IMG/VR virus record: IMGVR_UViG_3300023174_000036
Span: 186,001-250,000 of that record
Direction: 5' to 3' (one strand)
Length of the DNA: 64,000 nucleotides
Shown here one piece after another: positions 59,190-64,000 of this stretch. The first letter of the stretch is position 1. The number at the start of each line of letters is the position of its first letter. The notes beneath the pieces were generated by a model. That model ran no database searches. It was not told where the DNA came from and saw nothing but the letters and a program-made list of their open reading frames with translations. Made by a program: the position numbers and the translations under genes.

Positions 59190-60100
59190 AACTAGCTTAC
59201 GCCGATACTGCTAAAGAAAATTGGTTCCTAGTTGCATGGACGTTGTCAAACAAATGCAACTATCGCTGTAGCTATTGTCCTTCATATCTCAATGATGGTA
59301 GCACTGGACAACCTGATTGGCCGGTGGTTGAACAATTTGTAAACGGATTTGATATTCCTGGCAAAACAATTTGCTACAGGATAAGCGGCGGCGAACCCAC
59401 TTATTGGAAACATTTTTTAGACTTGGCTAAACTAGTTAAATCAAAAGGTCATCAGTTTACTTTCTTAACTAACGGTAGCCAAACAGTTGAGTATTATAAA
59501 GAAATTAGTAAATTTTCTGACGGTATCATGATTAGCTACCACGACGAGTATGCTGATATCGATCATATCATCGATGTTGCTAATGCTGTTGAATGCGTAG
59601 TAGTTGTTAATTTAATGATGGTACAAGACAAATTTGATCACATGGTTGGAATAGGTCAACAGTTGTATAAAGGAACTGACAAGTTGGCCATATGGCCCAA
59701 AGTAGTTTTAGATAAAACCAGCGGCGAGTTCGTAACTAACAAAGTAAGCGATTATACCGACGAACAAAAAGCCATCATAAAATCTTGGCCTTATTTTAGA
59801 AAAATTGATGATTCGAAAATACATAGAGGAGCTTTGTTACTTGATAATGTTCCAGTAACAGGAAACGACATTATAGTAAAAGGTCTAAACAATTACAAGG
59901 GCTGGGACTGCTGGGCAGGCGTAGACATGCTGAGTATCGACATGTGGGGTGATGTGTATCGAGCTGAATGTAAACAAGGCGGCAAGCTGGGTAATTTAGC
60001 TAATTACAATTTGCCAACTGAAACTATAACTTGTCCTGCTAACAAATGCAGTTGTCTTAGCGATATCTATCTTCAAAAAGAATCCAAAGTTACTATATAG
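59186..60100 (+). CDS. Radical SAM enzyme (subtype B)
   Basis: W.LSNKCNYRCSYC, SGGEPT, C...CSC..D. Confidence 0.9.
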   Translation: MKLAYADTAKENWFLVAWTLSNKCNYRCSYCPSYLNDGSTGQPDWPVVEQFVNGFDIPGKTICYRISGGEPTYWKHFLDLAKLVKSKGHQFTFLTNGSQTVEYYKEISKFSDGIMISYHDEYADIDHIIDVANAVECVVVVNLMMVQDKFDHMVGIGQQLYKGTDKLAIWPKVVLDKTSGEFVTNKVSDYTDEQKAIIKSWPYFRKIDDSKIHRGALLLDNVPVTGNDIIVKGLNNYKGWDCWAGVDMLSIDMWGDVYRAECKQGGKLGNLANYNLPTETITCPANKCSCLSDIYLQKESKVTI

Positions 60101-61197
60101 CTTTCTTGGTCATTAAAGTTGTGTGCCATTGTCACAACACTGTTTTTATATATAATTGGCCTACCCAACAAATGATCAGCAAACATGTCCCTTGCTAATA
60201 TTTTGCCATGCTTGTTAATAGTTAGTATTGGACAACTGGGAGTTCCAGTGGGTAGGAACATGGCATTACCTCCATAAGCAACTCCTGATCTAAATCTATA
60301 TTTTCCGCCAAATGATAATCCTATATCAAATGTAGTATGCTTGCCGGTAACAATATTGTAAGTTAATCCCCATTGGCTATTGTTGGCATGCTCATCGCCG
60401 TAGGGCAAAGCTACAATTGTGTCGTCTACCAATACCCCAGCATTGTATTTCTTTGCAAAGTCAGGTATGTCTAATTCGTGAAGTTTGTAGGTGTTGGTAA
60501 TAGTATCAAACTCTATTAGTTCCGATACCCCGGACGTTTCGCCAAATGGTAGAATGTACAGTGTATTACCAGTTACAATTATATCCGAATACTTTCTTGT
60601 TACACTGGGATTTTTTACGTTGATTGGAAATGTTTTTATTTTGACGCCGTCAAAGCTGGTCATATTTATGTACCCAGCAGTATCTCCTCGAGGAGCACTC
60701 CAGTACCTACCATTCGCATGTACTGTGCCCATGTGTGTTTTAGTGTGTTCCTGCTTATCAAATTCTACAGTATGCACTGCATCGTCTTTGATGTATATTC
60801 CATAGCTGGTTTGTTCATATCCTAACGGAAAACTAAAAGCAGTGTTACCATCAGTTGCTGAACTGTAGAACTGACCTTTGCCTGGTTTATCAATATAATG
60901 GTATATTGGTTTAAAATCTTTTAATTGTACAACTACATTAAAATCATCCCATATGCCATAAGGTATGAACCATACACTGTCGCCCACGCTTGAAATGGCA
61001 TTGAATTTACTAGTGGCCGCAGGCAAGTCTAAATCTATAAACCAAGTCTTGTCTCCGTCTTTGCACATAACTTTGCTGTAGTTCTTGCATTGTTCTGTAG
61101 CAAAAGGCGGACTAACTAATATATTGTTATGATTGTGCAGTACCAAATGTTTAATTGGTTCTTCTTTGTAAAAATCCTCAAACGCTTTATACTTCAT
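60073..61197 (-). CDS. Kelch-like beta-propeller protein
   Basis: Repeated K(Y/F)......(Y/W)..P(Y/F)G blades. Confidence 0.65.
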   Translation of the reverse strand: MKYKAFEDFYKEEPIKHLVLHNHNNILVSPPFATEQCKNYSKVMCKDGDKTWFIDLDLPAATSKFNAISSVGDSVWFIPYGIWDDFNVVVQLKDFKPIYHYIDKPGKGQFYSSATDGNTAFSFPLGYEQTSYGIYIKDDAVHTVEFDKQEHTKTHMGTVHANGRYWSAPRGDTAGYINMTSFDGVKIKTFPINVKNPSVTRKYSDIIVTGNTLYILPFGETSGVSELIEFDTITNTYKLHELDIPDFAKKYNAGVLVDDTIVALPYGDEHANNSQWGLTYNIVTGKHTTFDIGLSFGGKYRFRSGVAYGGNAMFLPTGTPSCPILTINKHGKILARDMFADHLLGRPIIYKNSVVTMAHNFNDQESYIVTLDSF

Positions 61198-62458
61198 TTA
61201 AGTTGATCTCTTTAATCACAGTTTCGCTAATGGTGTCAAATACCAGTACAGTGTGAAATGTTTCGCTTTGTCCGTAAGGAAAAGCAAATATTTTATCATC
61301 GATGATTACAGACGAGTTGAACTTTTCAATGGTTGTGTTATCTTTAAAATATTCGCTAATGTCTATAGTGTAGAATGAATCATTTGTTGTATCAACAACT
61401 AGTATATCAGCAAGATCGCCTTGTTGCTTCCAATTTTCTTCTGGTTCGCATACACATCCGCCACGCGGTATCCAGTATATCTTTCCTTGAGTATTTTCCC
61501 ACCCGGTAAAGTATTTTTTGCTTTCATATCCTACGCCGTCTACTGGAACTTGTTTCCATGTATCGTTGTTAGAATCAATTATCAACATTTTATTCCAACT
61601 ATCTTCATGGCCTGCTGGAGGGAAGTATGCTTTACCATTTTTAGATACTGCATGACTAAAGTATTTTCTTGAAGTGTCTTGCATACCTGTTTTTTCATAA
61701 GACCAACTAGTGCCATCGAATTTTAACATTATATCAAAATTATCATTTTCACTGTAAGGAGGTGCATACAACTTGTTTCCCACCTGCGCCATGGTTGTGT
61801 ATTTTTTATTAGTTATAATAGGAAACGGTTGCACATCATATTCTTTCCATGCGTGGGACATATCAGTTAATTCGTAATTAAACGTCTCGCAATCTAATTT
61901 TATTATGTAAGGGAAATACGGTTCAATGTAACGTTCTCCACGAGGTACTCCGTATATGAAATTATTAATTAGTTTACTAGTATGCCATTTCTTTTGGTCG
62001 TTGATTGGACAAACAATATTTTTTAAAAGTAATTCTTTAGTATATACATCAAATGAAATAGCAAAATCAAATTCTTTGTGTTCGCCGTATGGTAATGCTA
62101 TTACTTTATTTTTATATCTATGTGAAGCAATATATTTCCCCGGAGAATCGAACGGTAACTTAATCTGAGTTATTTCATCATTATCTGTATTAACAATTAA
62201 AATACTACATTCGTTGTATGGAAGAAATACTATAAAATTGTCTACTATAGTTCCGTACTGCCATTTTTCAAAACTTTCATCTGCTTCTAAATATATTTTT
62301 GTAACATCGAAAGTTACAGGATCAACCTTTATCATATAATCAATACGTTCTTTCAATCCGTACGGAGGTACATAGATCATGTTGTTTTTTCCTACCGTAG
62401 GAAAACTAAATGCTTGCGGGGTCAAATTTTTCTCCAAATGCAGATTTAAGGTCGGCAT
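61187..62458 (-). CDS. Kelch-like beta-propeller protein (paralog)
   Basis: About 8 repeats of K(W/Y/F)......IY..P.G. Confidence 0.65.
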   Translation of the reverse strand: MPTLNLHLEKNLTPQAFSFPTVGKNNMIYVPPYGLKERIDYMIKVDPVTFDVTKIYLEADESFEKWQYGTIVDNFIVFLPYNECSILIVNTDNDEITQIKLPFDSPGKYIASHRYKNKVIALPYGEHKEFDFAISFDVYTKELLLKNIVCPINDQKKWHTSKLINNFIYGVPRGERYIEPYFPYIIKLDCETFNYELTDMSHAWKEYDVQPFPIITNKKYTTMAQVGNKLYAPPYSENDNFDIMLKFDGTSWSYEKTGMQDTSRKYFSHAVSKNGKAYFPPAGHEDSWNKMLIIDSNNDTWKQVPVDGVGYESKKYFTGWENTQGKIYWIPRGGCVCEPEENWKQQGDLADILVVDTTNDSFYTIDISEYFKDNTTIEKFNSSVIIDDKIFAFPYGQSETFHTVLVFDTISETVIKEINLNEV

Positions 62459-62861
62459 GTAGCTTTATTAATATTTCTTCGTTACTGTACAGTCCCACAT
62501 TATCCCAATCTATCATATATATTTTATCATCATCAATTATAATATTACTTAGTACCCAGTCATAGTGAGCATAAGGTGCAGTTTGTTTAATATTATCTAA
62601 ACAAAATTTATATATTTTTTTTATGAAATCAGGACTGTGAGGAAATTTGTTGGCAGTAACTCCTGATATTTTTTTAACCTCTACCCACATCGTATCATGT
62701 GACCATCCGTATTCCTTTATGTAGTCGGGCCATATTGTCTTCATAATGTTAACATGATTAATTAAAAGATCTATATCTTTATATTTCCAAACTTTTTTAT
62801 AAGAATTTGGAAGCTCATATACATCTCTCTGTTTTGCAGGAGTTGATTTAATTAAGACCAT
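62406..62861 (-). CDS. APH/protein-kinase-like phosphotransferase
   Basis: HYDWVLSNII...IDWD catalytic-loop and Mg-binding motifs. Confidence 0.7.
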   Translation of the reverse strand: MVLIKSTPAKQRDVYELPNSYKKVWKYKDIDLLINHVNIMKTIWPDYIKEYGWSHDTMWVEVKKISGVTANKFPHSPDFIKKIYKFCLDNIKQTAPYAHYDWVLSNIIIDDDKIYMIDWDNVGLYSNEEILIKLHADLKSAFGEKFDPASI

Positions 62862-63888
62862 ATGCTGTTGCTACTTCTGGCAAGTAGTCTCTAATATTAA
62901 TTTTCCGCCAACTATCTAATGCTGATATTTTAAATTTAAAATGTTCGATCATTTTTTCATCTGCAACACCCGCAGACCAGTTTCTTACCGAATTACTTTG
63001 ATACTGATCTTTAAGTCGTTGAGGAGCATTTTTGCAACTAAGCCATGCCGGACCATTTAAAATATTTTCATAGTAACCAAAATTATTTTTATCAGCATAT
63101 TCTTTTATATCATCAGTAAAGCTGGCATTGAGAACACTGATAGTAGGAGTTAAATCAACTTTGCAAAAATCTGCGTACCTATGAGCATTTTCATTTATGA
63201 CATCCCAGTTACTTCCGTATCTAATATAATCTATTCGTTTGTCGACTGCATCCAAACTTAATGCCATTAATACATTATTAAATTTCCTAAGAATTTTTTC
63301 AAGTTTTGGATTCCATATTGTACAATTTGTATTAAATCGTAGCGCAACACTGCTATCTAATCTTTCTAAAAATTCTGGTAGATGCCGGACCATCATGGGT
63401 TCGCCACCCGTTAGATAAACTTCTTTCATTTCAGCAGTTTCAATTTTACGAAATGTTTCCTCAGAAGCCCAGTTAAAATTGGGAATTTCTAAAATTCCAT
63501 ATATAGGCGCAGTTCCAGATTGTTGCATATCAATTGCTTCTTCAGCAATACTACTGCTACTCATTTCCCAACAGCTAATACATTTTAAATTACAACTATT
63601 TCCAAATCTCAAATCAAAATGACTCAGCCCGGGCCCATAAGGACGAGTCTTTTGACGTTGACTTTGTATTCCTTTTTCTTCTAAATTTTTACAAGGATGG
63701 CATGCTTCTGGCCAGATTTCGAGATCTAACTGTTTTCTGATATCTGTATGGAAATCACTGTCATGCCACTCTTGGGGAGTATGGGTATGTACAGTTTCTT
63801 TGTTAGTTGATTCTACGCTAACACAGCATAGCCGATATTGTCCGTCGGATCTTATACACGTTTGATGTTCTAAATATTTACATTTCAT
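62848..63888 (-). CDS. Radical SAM enzyme (subtype A)
   Basis: C...CC...CHPC; CNLKCISC; TGGEP. Confidence 0.9.
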   Translation of the reverse strand: MKCKYLEHQTCIRSDGQYRLCCVSVESTNKETVHTHTPQEWHDSDFHTDIRKQLDLEIWPEACHPCKNLEEKGIQSQRQKTRPYGPGLSHFDLRFGNSCNLKCISCWEMSSSSIAEEAIDMQQSGTAPIYGILEIPNFNWASEETFRKIETAEMKEVYLTGGEPMMVRHLPEFLERLDSSVALRFNTNCTIWNPKLEKILRKFNNVLMALSLDAVDKRIDYIRYGSNWDVINENAHRYADFCKVDLTPTISVLNASFTDDIKEYADKNNFGYYENILNGPAWLSCKNAPQRLKDQYQSNSVRNWSAGVADEKMIEHFKFKISALDSWRKINIRDYLPEVATAYGLN

Positions 63889-63953
63889 TAGGAGTCTTAA
63901 ATTAATATAGCATGGTAGTATTTACATAAGTATTGTGTGCAAGAAAAATAATT

Positions 63954-64000
63954 ATGAAACCACACATCAACCAATTAGAAGAATTTTGGCAAGAAAATTC
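63954..64000 (+). CDS. Partial ORF (MKPHINQLEEFWQEN...)
   Basis: ATG that stays open to the window end. Confidence 0.4.
   Translation, partial: MKPHINQLEEFWQEN

Noticed and set aside
29244-63888. One of the radical-SAM genes being QueE, completing the 7-deazaguanine pathway with queD
   Set aside because: All are larger, carry extra Cys domains and lack the QueE QGEG...G...F.R N-terminal motif; no folE, queC or dpdA in this window
49433-63888. RiPP cluster with a precursor peptide
   Set aside because: Genes overlap end to end; no small precursor-like ORF, RRE or transporter is visible (only a 3-codon MLY ORF near 63913)
1-64000. CRISPR array, IS element, intron/intein or stop-codon recoding
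   Set aside because: No regularly spaced repeats, transposase or interrupted core genes seen; TAA, TAG and TGA all end full-length recognisable genes under the standard code

Overview
This window is a gene-dense fragment of a large (jumbo-like), T4-related tailed phage genome read in the standard genetic code. Encoded lipoproteins and sigma70 promoters suggest a Gram-negative host (inference). Layout: (i) 1-19.6 kb, a minus-strand baseplate/tail-fibre operon with three T4 gp9/gp10-like N-termini, a 3290-aa protein ending in an autoproteolytic chaperone, a 1515-aa modular fibre, a lectin and an embedded GT25. (ii) 19.6-25.6 kb, auxiliary genes: IscA/ErpA, SOD, UvsE, QueD. (iii) 25.6-34.9 kb and 49.4-64 kb, two AT-rich modification islands holding 10 radical-SAM enzymes of three recurring subtypes, 2OG-Fe(II) oxygenases, a PLP enzyme, a nucleotidyltransferase-cupin, a methyltransferase, a kinase, a GT-like protein and beta-propellers. 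(iv) 35-49 kb, early-type genes: BI-1/YccA, MazG-like protein, DNA ligase, ClpP, lipoproteins, IF-1, AbrB-like protein. Non-coding highlights read from the sequence: a 111-nt tRNA-like RNA with no canonical anticodon loop whose 5' end coincides with the expected start of a perfect sigma70 promoter; a preQ1-I-like pseudoknot at the 5' end of the phage queD transcript; three hairpins that sequester the translation-initiation region and carry a T4-like late promoter (TAAATA) in their loop; several apparently leaderless late genes; and a structured ~100-nt late leader. All assignments come from motif reading and manual folding; no database search was run.
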